From: an uncultured Chloroflexia bacterium
GTDB lineage: Bacteria > Chloroflexota > Limnocylindria > QHBO01
Direction of reading: 5' to 3'
Length of the DNA stretch: 64,000 nt
Assembly (NCBI GenBank): GCA_963783495.1
Contig: CAWANT010000006.1
Location: forward strand, 71,799-135,798
Position 1 is the stretch's first letter. Every line of letters begins with the position of its first letter. Made by a program: the position numbers and the translations under genes. Below, in pieces: positions 51,516 through 60,547 of this stretch. Below the pieces are notes generated by a model, which did no database searches, was not told where the DNA came from, and saw only the letters and a list, made by a program, of their open reading frames with translations.

Positions 51516-52349
51516 TCAGTAGGGCAGTCGCGCGGCCTTGGTGCGCAGCAGGTCGTAGAACGGCGTGGCACCGGTCGGCTCGATCAACCGCAGCGGTGCC
51601 GCCAATGCCCGCACCTCGACGCGGTCGCCAGCCGCCAGCGCCAGGTCCCACTGGCCATCGATGGACACCACGGCGCCGCTGCCGGCGCTGCGCACCGACA
51701 TGGTCACGACATGCTCCTCACCGGCCACCACGCTGTGCAGCGAGGTCAGGTAGGCGGCCACCGGGGTGATGATCATGTTCCGCAGCCGCGGGTCCAGGAT
51801 GGCGCCGCCGGCGCTGAACGAATACGCGGTGGAGCCGGTGGGCGTGGCGACCACCACGCCATCGGCCACGTAGGTGGCCAGGTGGCTGCCGCTGACGTCC
51901 ACCTCGACCTGGATCAGCTGCACCCGCGCGCCGCGCGCCACGACCACCTCGTTCAGGCACGCGTGCGTCTCGCGCGCTCCGTCAGCACGGACCACGGTGG
52001 CCTCGATCCGGAAGCGCTCATCGATGGCGTAGTCACCGGCGGCCACCTGGTCGAGCGCGCGCTCGAGCCCATCGGCCTCGACCTTGGCCAGGAAGCCGAC
52101 CCGTCCCAGGTTCACGCCCAGGGCGGGCACCCCGCGTCCGCCGATCGCTCCGGCGGTGCGCAGGAAGGTGCCGTCGCCGCCCAGCACGCAGACCAGGTCG
52201 CTGCCCGCGCACTTGGCCACGATCGTGTCCCGGTCCTCCGCGGCCGCGTCCCACGTCTCGGCATCGTGGGCGTGGCTCCAGGCCATGCCACGGGCGAGCA
52301 GCTCGCGCGCCTCGGGATCAGTGGGGTTGTAGGCGAAGCCGATGCGCAT
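51516..52349 (-). CDS. nadK: NAD kinase
   Basis: Intact 277-aa ORF: VLGGDGTFLR, GVNLGRVGFLA, TPTGSTAYSFSAGG. Confidence 0.92.
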   Translation of the reverse strand: MRIGFAYNPTDPEARELLARGMAWSHAHDAETWDAAAEDRDTIVAKCAGSDLVCVLGGDGTFLRTAGAIGGRGVPALGVNLGRVGFLAKVEADGLERALDQVAAGDYAIDERFRIEATVVRADGARETHACLNEVVVARGARVQLIQVEVDVSGSHLATYVADGVVVATPTGSTAYSFSAGGAILDPRLRNMIITPVAAYLTSLHSVVAGEEHVVTMSVRSAGSGAVVSIDGQWDLALAAGDRVEVRALAAPLRLIEPTGATPFYDLLRTKAARLPY

Positions 52350-52703
52350 CTATTCGTCGCGCGGCGGCGCTGTGGCCGGGTCCAGGCGCGCGGCGATCTC
52401 GGCGACCTGGCGCCGCAGTGCGGCGATCTCGCTGCCGATGTCCTCCTGGACCGCGGCATAGGAGCGATCCAGGCCGGCTGCGATCAGGGCGCGCATCAGG
52501 CTCGACGGCGACACCCCGCGCGCGCGAGCCGCCGCTTCGACACGCGCCAGCAGCGCGTCAGGCATGCGCAGCGACACGATCTGCCGCATCGTGTCGGTGG
52601 CCGGGTCCTGGACCGGGGGTGCCACCACCTCCAGTCCCTCGAACCCGACGCTGAGCTGCTCCCCGGACGGCTGGGTGGTCCGCTTCCTCATGCCGTGCGG
52701 CAT
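52350..52703 (-). CDS. Ribbon-helix-helix (CopG-like) domain protein
   Basis: Intact 117-aa ORF. RQIVSLRMPDALLARVEAAARARGVSPSSLMRALIAAGL is RHH-like. Its stop abuts the nadK start. Confidence 0.55.
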   Translation of the reverse strand: MPHGMRKRTTQPSGEQLSVGFEGLEVVAPPVQDPATDTMRQIVSLRMPDALLARVEAAARARGVSPSSLMRALIAAGLDRSYAAVQEDIGSEIAALRRQVAEIAARLDPATAPPRDE

Positions 52704-52718
52704 CGTAATACGAGCTGG

Positions 52719-53507
52719 CTAGGCCGATGGCGTGGCGAGCCCCTCGATCAGCGGCTCCAGCACGTCCCGCGTCGTCCCCGGCGGCTCCCCGAGGTGGGCC
52801 AGGAACTCGACATTGCCGTCCGTTCCGGTGACGGGGGACCGGATGACTCCGTGGATGCCGAAGCCCGCCTCCATGGCATCCGCGGCGAACCGGCGCAGCA
52901 CGGCCGCGTGCGTGGCTGGATCGCGAACCACGCCGCCACGGGGCACGGCCTCCCTGCCGGCCTCGAATTGCGGCTTGACCAGCGCAACCACGCCGCCTCC
53001 CGGTCCAAGCAGACGTCGCACGACCGGCAGCACCAGGCGCAGCGAGATGAAGGAAAGGTCCAACGTGACGAGATCGATCGGTTCCGGCAGGCCCTCCAGG
53101 GTGCGCAGGTTGGTCCTCTCCATCGATACGACGCGCGGATCCCGCCGCAGGCGGTCGATCAGCTGTGCGCGACCCACGTCAACGGCATAGACGCGCGCAG
53201 CGCCGCGAGTGAGAAGGACATCGGTGAAGCCACCAGTCGACGCGCCGGCGTCCATGGCCGTCGCGCCATCCACTTCCAAACCAAAGGCGTCCAGCCCCGC
53301 TGCCAGCTTGTCGCCGGCGCGGCTCGCCCAGCGCGGCCGGTCGCGCACGGTCACCGCCACGTCCGGGTCCACGAGGTTGCCGGCCTTCAGCGACCGACCG
53401 CCGCCGCCCAGCTCCACCTCGCCCGCCAGGACCATGGCCTGCGCCGTGGCACGGCTGGGCGCCAGGCCACGGTCAACGAGCAGCTGGTCCAGCCGCACCC
53501 GCGCCAT
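52719..53507 (-). CDS. tlyA: TlyA-family rRNA (cytidine-2'-O)-methyltransferase
   Basis: Intact 262-aa ORF. S4 domain RLDQLLVDRGLAPSRATAQAMVLAGEV and FtsJ-type SAM motif DAGASTGGFTDVLL. Confidence 0.9.
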   Translation of the reverse strand: MARVRLDQLLVDRGLAPSRATAQAMVLAGEVELGGGGRSLKAGNLVDPDVAVTVRDRPRWASRAGDKLAAGLDAFGLEVDGATAMDAGASTGGFTDVLLTRGAARVYAVDVGRAQLIDRLRRDPRVVSMERTNLRTLEGLPEPIDLVTLDLSFISLRLVLPVVRRLLGPGGGVVALVKPQFEAGREAVPRGGVVRDPATHAAVLRRFAADAMEAGFGIHGVIRSPVTGTDGNVEFLAHLGEPPGTTRDVLEPLIEGLATPSA

Positions 53508-53510
53508 CGG

Positions 53511-54065
53511 TCAGAGCGTGCGGATCACGCGTGCCGGGTTGCCCACCGCCACCACGTCCGCGGGCAGATCACGCACCACCACGGCGCCCGCGCCGACCAC
53601 CGTCCGCTCGCCCACCGTGACACCCGGACCGATGATCGCCCCGCCGCCCAACCACGAGCCGCTGCCAATGGTGATGGGACGGGCCAGCTCCCAACCGCTC
53701 GCCCGCTCGGCGGCGTCAATCGGGTGCGTGGCGGTCAGCAGCTGAACGTTCGGGCCCATCTGCACGTCGTCACCGATCGCGACGGCGGCGCAGTCGAGCA
53801 TGACCGCTCCCGCATTGACGAAGCACCGCTCGCCCACGGTGATCTGCGTGCCGTAGTCGCAGAAGAAGGGCGAGACGATGGTGCTGTCGGCGCCGATCGC
53901 GCCCAGCAGCTCCGTGAGCAGTCCCGAGCGCGTTGACCGATCGGCATTGCTGGTGCCATTCAGACGAAACAGCAGGTCAGCCGCCCGTCGATGGGCGGCT
54001 ACCAGCTCGGGGTCATGGGCGAGGTAGAGCTCGCCACGGAGCATGCGCTCGCGCTGCTCGCCCAT
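53511..54065 (-). CDS. Sugar O-acetyltransferase (maltose/galactoside acetyltransferase-like, left-handed beta-helix)
   Basis: Intact 184-aa ORF. N-terminal MLRGELYLAHDPELV, then hexapeptide repeats (IGSGSWLGGGAIIGPGVTVGERTVVGAGAVV). Confidence 0.85.
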   Translation of the reverse strand: MGEQRERMLRGELYLAHDPELVAAHRRAADLLFRLNGTSNADRSTRSGLLTELLGAIGADSTIVSPFFCDYGTQITVGERCFVNAGAVMLDCAAVAIGDDVQMGPNVQLLTATHPIDAAERASGWELARPITIGSGSWLGGGAIIGPGVTVGERTVVGAGAVVVRDLPADVVAVGNPARVIRTL

Positions 54066-54076
54066 CCGCGCCGAGG

Positions 54077-56038
54077 TCAGGCGGCGCCGACGTCGCTGGT
54101 CTGGGAGACGGTTGGGGCCTCTGGCAGTTCCAGCGCCTCGCGCACCTGGGCGTAGATCCCGTCGGGATCGATCCGCTGCTGGCGACGCAGGTCGTCGACG
54201 GCACCGTGGTGCACGAATCCCTCAACCAGGGCGATCTTCAGCAGCGGGACGTGCGTGCCGGCGCGGTTCAGCGCGTCCAGCACGCCGTCGCCGAAGCCGC
54301 CCATGGCCGCGGATTCCTCGCCCGTGATCACCATCCGCTTCCCTGCCGCATGCTGGGCCAGACACGCCTCGTCGAGCGGCTTCGCCCAACGGGCGTTGAT
54401 CACGGTGGCGGCCAGGCCGTGCTCTCGCTCCAACCGGCCGGCAACTGCCAGCAGCCGCTGCACGATCGGCCCGAATCCCACCATCAGCAGGTCGCTGCCG
54501 CCTCGCAGCACCTCGGCCCGACCGATCTCGAGCGCCTGGCCCGTGCGATCGGCCAGGTCCTCGCCGGCGTCGCGCGGGTAGTGGAGCGAAATCGGGCCGT
54601 GGTGCTGCATCGCGGTGACCACCATGTCCCGCATCTCCTGCTCGTCCTTGGGCGAGCCGATCACCAGGTTCGGCAGCGCGCGCTGGGCAGAGAGCGTGAA
54701 CATGCCCTGGTGGCTGGTGCCGTCCTCCCCGACCAGCCCTGCCCGATCGATTGCCAGCAGCACGGGAGCATCGTTCTGGCACACGTCGTGGACCACCTGG
54801 TCGTAGGCGCGCTGGCTGAAGGTGGAGTACAGCGCCACCACCGGCCGCAGGCCGGCCAGCGCCAGGCCGGTGGCCATGGTCACCGAATGCTGCTCGGCAA
54901 TGCCCACATCGAAAAATCGGCTCGGGAATCGGTCGGCAAAGCGCGACAGCCCGGTTCCGGTTGGCATTCCGGCCGTAATGGCGCAGATGCGAGCATCGGC
55001 CTCCGCCAGGCGCACCAGCTCCTCGACGAAGGTGTGGGTGTACGTCTTCGGCTTCCGCCTGGGCGCCGACTCGGTGGGCAGCGGCTCCTCGGTCGGATCG
55101 ATCAGGGTCAGGTCAACTGGCGGCAGGCTGGCGCCGTGGAAGGAGACGCTGTCCTGCTCGGCGGGCGCGTAGCCGCGGCCCTTCACGGTCTTGACATGCA
55201 CCAGCACCGGCGAGCGCATCGCGAAGGCTCGGTCGAAGGTCTCCTCCAGCTCGGCCAGGTCGTGGCCGTCCAGGACGCCGATGTAGGTGAGGCCCATGTC
55301 CTCGAAGAAGCCGACCGATGCCCATGACCGCTTGAAGCCTTCCTTGGCCCATGCCAGCACGTCGAACAGCGGCTGCCCGACCAATGGCACGCGCGGCAGC
55401 GCGCGCTGGGTGACGGACTTCGTCTCCTGGTAGGCACGCGTCAGGCGCAGCTTGTTGAGACGAGTCGAAAGGCCGCCGACCGAAGGGCTGATGCTCATCT
55501 CGTTGTCGTTCAGCACGATGAGCAGGCGATGCCGGGCATGACCGAGGTGGTTCAGCGCCTCCAGGGTCAGCCCCGTCTGCAGGGCGGCGTCGCCGACCAC
55601 CACTGAGATCCTCTGCCGGCGGGCGGGATCGTTGGCGGGTTTCAGGTCGCGGGCAGCCGCCAACCCGATGCCGATGCTCACGCCGGTCCCGGCATGTCCA
55701 CCGTCGAAGACGTCGTGCTCGCTTTCCGCCCGCCGAGGGAAGCCACCGACGCCGTTCAGCTGCCGAAGCGTTTCGAAACGCTCGGCACGCCCGGTCAGGA
55801 GCTTGTGCGCGTAGGCCTGGTGGCCGGTGTCCCACACGATCCGGTCGCGCGGCGAGTCCATGACCCGGTGGAGCGCCAGCGTGAGCTCCACGGTTCCCAG
55901 CGAGCTGGCCAGGTGGCCGCCCGTCTGGCTGACCGTCCGGATCATCTTGGTCCGCAGCTCACCCGCGAGCTCTGCCATCTGGCTCGCCGTCATCCCGCGC
56001 AGCTGTGCGGGATCGTGGAGCGTGTCGAGAATCGCCAC
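54077..56038 (-). CDS. dxs: 1-deoxy-D-xylulose-5-phosphate synthase
   Basis: Intact 653-aa ORF with GTG start and a GGAGG 6 nt upstream. Contains GGHLASSLG, the TPP motif VVGDAALQTG...LNDN, and MATGLA. Confidence 0.95.
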   Translation of the reverse strand: MAILDTLHDPAQLRGMTASQMAELAGELRTKMIRTVSQTGGHLASSLGTVELTLALHRVMDSPRDRIVWDTGHQAYAHKLLTGRAERFETLRQLNGVGGFPRRAESEHDVFDGGHAGTGVSIGIGLAAARDLKPANDPARRQRISVVVGDAALQTGLTLEALNHLGHARHRLLIVLNDNEMSISPSVGGLSTRLNKLRLTRAYQETKSVTQRALPRVPLVGQPLFDVLAWAKEGFKRSWASVGFFEDMGLTYIGVLDGHDLAELEETFDRAFAMRSPVLVHVKTVKGRGYAPAEQDSVSFHGASLPPVDLTLIDPTEEPLPTESAPRRKPKTYTHTFVEELVRLAEADARICAITAGMPTGTGLSRFADRFPSRFFDVGIAEQHSVTMATGLALAGLRPVVALYSTFSQRAYDQVVHDVCQNDAPVLLAIDRAGLVGEDGTSHQGMFTLSAQRALPNLVIGSPKDEQEMRDMVVTAMQHHGPISLHYPRDAGEDLADRTGQALEIGRAEVLRGGSDLLMVGFGPIVQRLLAVAGRLEREHGLAATVINARWAKPLDEACLAQHAAGKRMVITGEESAAMGGFGDGVLDALNRAGTHVPLLKIALVEGFVHHGAVDDLRRQQRIDPDGIYAQVREALELPEAPTVSQTSDVGAA

Positions 56039-56095
56039 TCGTCCTCCCTGGTCTTGGCAGCGCGAAAGTATAGGCAGATGCCCGCCGCCACCCCG

Positions 56096-56542
56096 TCACT
56101 CGGCAAGCGACTTTTCGAAGACGTGCGATGTCTTGTCCAGGCTGAAGCCCTCGCGCAGGTAGAACCGATGCGCCCGCTGGCGGGTGACCCGGGTTGCCAC
56201 CATCAGGCGCTGACAGCCATGTGACGCGGCCCAGGCGGCAGCTGCCCCCACGAGTTCCGAGCCGACGCCATCGCCACGCGCCCGCTCGTCGACGATGAGG
56301 CCAGCGATCTGCGCCGTCAGCGGCGCGGTCAACGTGCGCTTGAGCTCGACGTGCAGCCAGCCGATCGCGCGGTCACGCGGATCGGTCGCCACCAGCACGG
56401 CGGCGTCCTTGTTGACAGCGACCGCCGCTAACCGGCGACGCAGCTCGTCGGGCTCGATCGGATAGCCGAGCTGTCCGGCCTGGTCGGCCATGGCGGCGAG
56501 GTCGCTATCACGTGGTGTCCGGACGCTGACCGTGGCTGCCAC
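56096..56542 (-). CDS. GNAT-family N-acetyltransferase
   Basis: Intact 148-aa ORF. Acetyl-CoA motif DERARGDGVGSELVGAAAAWAASHG and YLREGF. Confidence 0.8.
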   Translation of the reverse strand: MAATVSVRTPRDSDLAAMADQAGQLGYPIEPDELRRRLAAVAVNKDAAVLVATDPRDRAIGWLHVELKRTLTAPLTAQIAGLIVDERARGDGVGSELVGAAAAWAASHGCQRLMVATRVTRQRAHRFYLREGFSLDKTSHVFEKSLAE

Positions 56543-56544
56543 GG

Positions 56545-56796
56545 TCAGCTTTCGGCGTCGGTCGGGACCGGCTCCTCGGTAAGGCCGCGGCCAAGCTGTG
56601 AGATGGTCAGCTCGGCGTCGCGCAACCGTGCCTCGCAGGCGGCATGGAGCTCCAGTCCGCGGCGGTAGAGCTCGATCGACTCTTCGAGGGGCAGGTTGCC
56701 CGCCTCGAGCGACTGCACAATCTGTTGCAGCTCGGCGATCAACTCATCGAATGGCCGGCCAGCAAGGTCCGTTGGCGGCGGCGCAGCATCGGTCAT
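56545..56796 (-). CDS. xseB: Exodeoxyribonuclease VII small subunit
   Basis: Intact 83-aa ORF: [35 protein letters not shown]. Overlaps the xseA stop. Confidence 0.9.
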   Translation of the reverse strand: MTDAAPPPTDLAGRPFDELIAELQQIVQSLEAGNLPLEESIELYRRGLELHAACEARLRDAELTISQLGRGLTEEPVPTDAES

Positions 56797-58092
56797 GGCT
56801 GGGTCTCCTCGCTTGCTCCCTCGACCCGCGTGGCCAGCGTGCCGCGTGCCACGGTCACGTTGAGGGCGTCACCACGCGTGGTCTGGGCGGGGTCGCGTAC
56901 CACCGTTCCGTCGGCAAGCCGCGCCACCGCGTAGCCACGCTCGAGAGTTGCGGCTGGCGACAGCGCCCGCAGGGAATCCGCCTGGGCGATGAGCGAGGCT
57001 CGCGCTCCACCGACGCGGACCGACGAGGGCGCGATGACCCCGGTCGACCAGCTCGGCTGCGCGCTGGCGAGCCGCCGCCACATCCGGCGCCAGCCGGGTC
57101 AACGCCCGGTCCTCCTCCGCCAGGAAGCGTCGGCGACCGGTCACCGAGCTGAGCATGGCCGCCGCAGCACGGTCGCGCAGCCGCGCCAGGATGGTCGGGA
57201 ACTGCGCCATGTCCGGCACGGCCTGCTCGGCGGCCGCGCTTGGGGTTGGGGCACGAACATCCGCCGCGAAGTCGGCCAATGTGACGTCCGATTCATGACC
57301 GACGCCCACGATGATCGGCATCGGGGCGGCGGCAATCGTGCGCACCACGAGCTCGTCGTTGAACGACCACAGGTCTTCCAGTGAGCCGCCGCCCCGCGCC
57401 AGGATGACCAGGTCGATTGCCCGCTGCCGGTAAACGCGCTTCAGAGCCCGGGCGATGCCTGTGGCCGAAGCCGCCCCCTGCACGTTCGTGGGCACCAGCA
57501 CCAGCTCGCCAACCGGATAGCGCCGCCGCATGACGTTGACGATGTCGCGCCACACCACACCGACGGGCGACGTCACCACCCCGATCCGCCGCGGCCAGCG
57601 AGGCAGCGCCCGCTTGCGCGCGTCCTCGAACAGGCCCTCCGCGGCCAGCTTGGCGCGCAGCTGCTCGTAGCGCTGGTGCAGGTCGCCGGCGCCGGCCGGC
57701 GTCAGGGTCGTGACGTACAGCTGGTAGACGCCCTGCGGCTCGTACGCGCGCAAGCGACCGTGCACGATCACCTGCATCCCGTGCTCGGGTCGCACGTTGG
57801 CCACCGACAGCTCCTCGCGGAAGAGGACGGCCCGAATCTGGCTCTGGGCATCCTTCAGGGTGAAGAAGCAATGGCCCGATGGTGGAAACGAGGGCTGGCT
57901 GACCTCGCCCTCGACCCAGACGTCGGCGAGCGACGGGTCGCTGTCAAGCAGCTGTCGCACGCGCCGGTTGAGGTCCGACACGCGCATGATTCGCGGAACC
58001 GCCTGGACTGCCGGCGGCGCGACGGGATCCATCGGCCCGTCAGGTTCGGCGGGCTCCGGGGTATCCCACAGGCTGCGCTGCTCGGCACTCAC
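56793..58092 (-). CDS. xseA: Exodeoxyribonuclease VII large subunit; 1 frame break
   Basis: OB-fold VWVEGEVSQ, then [25 protein letters not shown] and VGHESD. The C-terminus [10 protein letters not shown] is in ORF 56793..57083. Break near 57060. Confidence 0.9.
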
Positions 58093-58101
58093 CGATCGGA
58101 C

Positions 58102-58662
58102 CTACTGCAGCCGGGTGACGTACTCGCCGGTGCGCGTGTCGACGCGCAGCATGTCGCCCTCGCTGACGAACAGGGGGACCTGCACTACCAGCCCCGTCTC
58201 CAGCGTGGCCGGCTTCTTCGCGCCGGTCGCCGTATCGCCGGCAAAGCCCCGCTCGGTCGCGGTCACCTGCAGGTCGACCGTCACCGGCAGGTCGACCCCC
58301 AGCACCTCCGCCTCGTACATGTCGACGAAGACCTCGGTGTTCTCCTTCAGGTAGCGCGCGTCCTCGCCAAGCATGGCGCCACGGATCGCGAACTGGTCGT
58401 ACGTCTCGCTGTCCATGAAGTGATAGGCGTCGCCGTCGCTGTACAGGTACTGCACCTTGCGCGACTCGACCCGCGCGCGTGGCCAGCGAGTCCCGGCCTG
58501 GAAGGTGCGCTCCACGATGTCGCCCTTCCGCACGTTCTGCAGCTTCATCCGCACCTGGGCTGAGCCGCGGGCCATCTTGATGTGCGTCCAGTCCAGGACC
58601 TTCATGAGCTGGCCGTCCAGCTCGATGATGATTCCCTTCTTGACGTCGCCGGTGCTGATCAA
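58102..58662 (-). CDS. efp: Elongation factor P
   Basis: Uninterrupted 186 codons from TTG 58660-58662: ISTGDVKKGIIIELDG, KMARGSAQVR, ATLETGLVVQVPLF. Confidence 0.93.
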   Translation of the reverse strand: MISTGDVKKGIIIELDGQLMKVLDWTHIKMARGSAQVRMKLQNVRKGDIVERTFQAGTRWPRARVESRKVQYLYSDGDAYHFMDSETYDQFAIRGAMLGEDARYLKENTEVFVDMYEAEVLGVDLPVTVDLQVTATERGFAGDTATGAKKPATLETGLVVQVPLFVSEGDMLRVDTRTGEYVTRLQ

Positions 58663-58783
58663 CAGGCGTCCTCGTGTCCGTTCGGTGCGGTTGCCAAGGA
58701 TATACGCGCCACTCAGGTTCGTGGTCACGGCAGACGGCCTCGCCCGGGAAGCGGTGATCGGCCCGTGGGTGCGCGACTGGAGG

Positions 58784-60115
58784 TCAGGCCGGGCACTCCG
58801 CGCTGGCCCGGGCGATGTTGGCCTCCTGCTCGCCCAGCGTCCGTGCGAAGTAGTGCGAACCGTCGCGCTGGCCGCCCGGGGCAGGCCGCCACGAAGTAGT
58901 AGTAGCCGCTGGCCGTGTCGGCGCGGGCCACGGCCTGCAGCGAACGCGCGCGTGGCGCGGCGATGGCGTGACGGCGGCAGCCCCTTGTTCAGGTAGGTCT
59001 GGTAGCCGGCCAGCCTCGTCGGGCAGCTGCACATCGGCGCCGCCAGTCGGCAATTGCGGCCACCACTCGATGGCGCCCCAGTCGTCCGACCGCCGCATCG
59101 CGATACTCGGCAGTGGCGAGCCCGTACTGGAGCGTCGGATCGGCGTTGAGCAGTCCGACCGTCTCGCGTCCGGGTGGTTCAGCCGGTTCAGGTAGACCCC
59201 GGCGATCAGCGGCACGCTCCTCGTCCAGCACGGCCTCACGCTCGACGATGCTGGCCAGGTTCACCGCCTCGTCCAGCGTCAGACCCTGGCGTCGGAAGCC
59301 AGTCAGCATCCGGTCGGTGAGGTTGTTGCCGAAGCCGGTCAGCAGGCGTGTCGAGCACCTGCGGGCCAGGCGTTCAGGAAGATCCGGTACGTGTTCGGGG
59401 CCAGGTAGCCCTCCAGCGTGCGACCCGCCGGCAGATCGGCCAGGAAGGGGTAGTCGCGGATCAGGTCCGGTCGGCGGATCGGTCGCCAGCGCCGCGAAAT
59501 CCTCCAGGTTCATGGTCAGGTTGGTGGTGCCCAGGTAGCCGACGATCTCCTCCAGCCGCCAACCCTCCGTGAGGGTGACCTCCACCTCCTCGCCTGCCTC
59601 CTGGCGCAGGGCGGCCACGATCTGCGACGGGCGAAGGGACGGCGACAGGTCATAGGAGCCGGCCTGCAGCGAGCCAGACCGACCGGCCTCCATGACCGCC
59701 CACTGGAAAGCGAGCCGGCTCTTGATCAGCCCTCTCGGACCAGAGCAGCTCGCCGATCTCCGCGTCGCTGGCCCCGTCCGGGACGATGATGGTGATGCGG
59801 TCGCCGTCGTCACTGGCCGGCTCGTCGGCCAGGGCCTGCGGCTGGTACCACTGCACGAAGTCGCGCACGATGCCCTGCTCGATCGAGCCGGGATGGTCCT
59901 CGATCCAGACCATCAGGCGTGGCGAGAAGGCCAGGAAGCCAAGGAAGAGCAAGACCCCGGCGAGCGCGATGACGCCGGCAAACCAGGCCGAGCAGCACCA
60001 CGGGCTGGAAGGTTCGACGTCGACCGTTTGGCGCTCCTCGTTCGGCGCGGACGCGGCGGATGCGCGCGTTCCGGCGTTCCTCGAGATCCCGACGGGGATC
60101 CGGGGGTCGGGTCAT
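58784..60115 (-). CDS. mltG: Endolytic murein transglycosylase MltG (YceG family); 8 or more frame breaks
   Basis: N-terminal TM, then LTEGWRLEEI, ASIVEREA, IAGVYLNRL, LNADPTLQYG, YQTYLNKGLPP and YYYFVA...HYFARTLGE, scattered over at least 7 ORF-track pieces. Its start overlaps the ruvX stop (ATGA). Confidence 0.8.
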
Positions 60116-60547
60116 TCGGCCTCCTGTGGGGAACGCGAGCGAGGGCCCGCGTCCAGATATTCTTGCAGGATCAGCCGGGCGGCTGCCGAGTCCAGCTCCC
60201 CCGAGCGGCGATCACGCCCCCGCCGCGGTCCCATCTGCTCCAGCGCCTGCCAGCTGGTGAGGCGCTCGTCCTGGAAGTCGACCGCCAGGCCCGTTGCCGC
60301 CAGCCGCTCCCCGAACTTTCGCGCCGCGGCGGCTTGGACGCCCTCCGAGCCATCCATGTTGCGCGGCAGGCCCAGCACGATCGTGGCGGCCTCCTCGTCG
60401 CGCGCGAGCTGCGCGATGACGCCGATGTCGGCGGCGGTGTTCCGCCGTCGCAGGGCCGGGCCTGGCGAATGCCATGCCGGTGTCCGTGTCGCCGATGGCC
60501 ACGCCGATGCGACGGCTGCCATGGTCCAGCCCGATCAGCCGGGTCAC
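60112..60547 (-). CDS. ruvX: Putative pre-16S rRNA nuclease / Holliday-junction-resolvase-like YqgF (RuvX); 1 frame break
   Basis: GTG 60545-60547: VTRLIGLDHGSRRIGVAIGD, then IVLGLPRNMDGSEG, DERLTS and DSAAARLILQEYL. Break near 60480. Confidence 0.85.

Noticed and set aside
51156-53936. Very long plus-strand ORF (926 aa). Similar giants occur at 7079..8578 (+, 499 aa), 17994..19532 (+, 512 aa), 34750..36996 (+, 748 aa), 30111..32036 (-, 641 aa), 4291..5949 (+, 552 aa) and 43512..44828 (+, 438 aa).
   Set aside because: All are antisense to clearly conserved genes (recN/nadK/tlyA, ABC permease, aminotransferase, ArsA, ABC-2 transporter and others). Their translations are Arg/Gly/Ala/Asp/His-rich low-complexity strings. 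These are the typical stop-free shadow frames of a roughly 70% GC genome.
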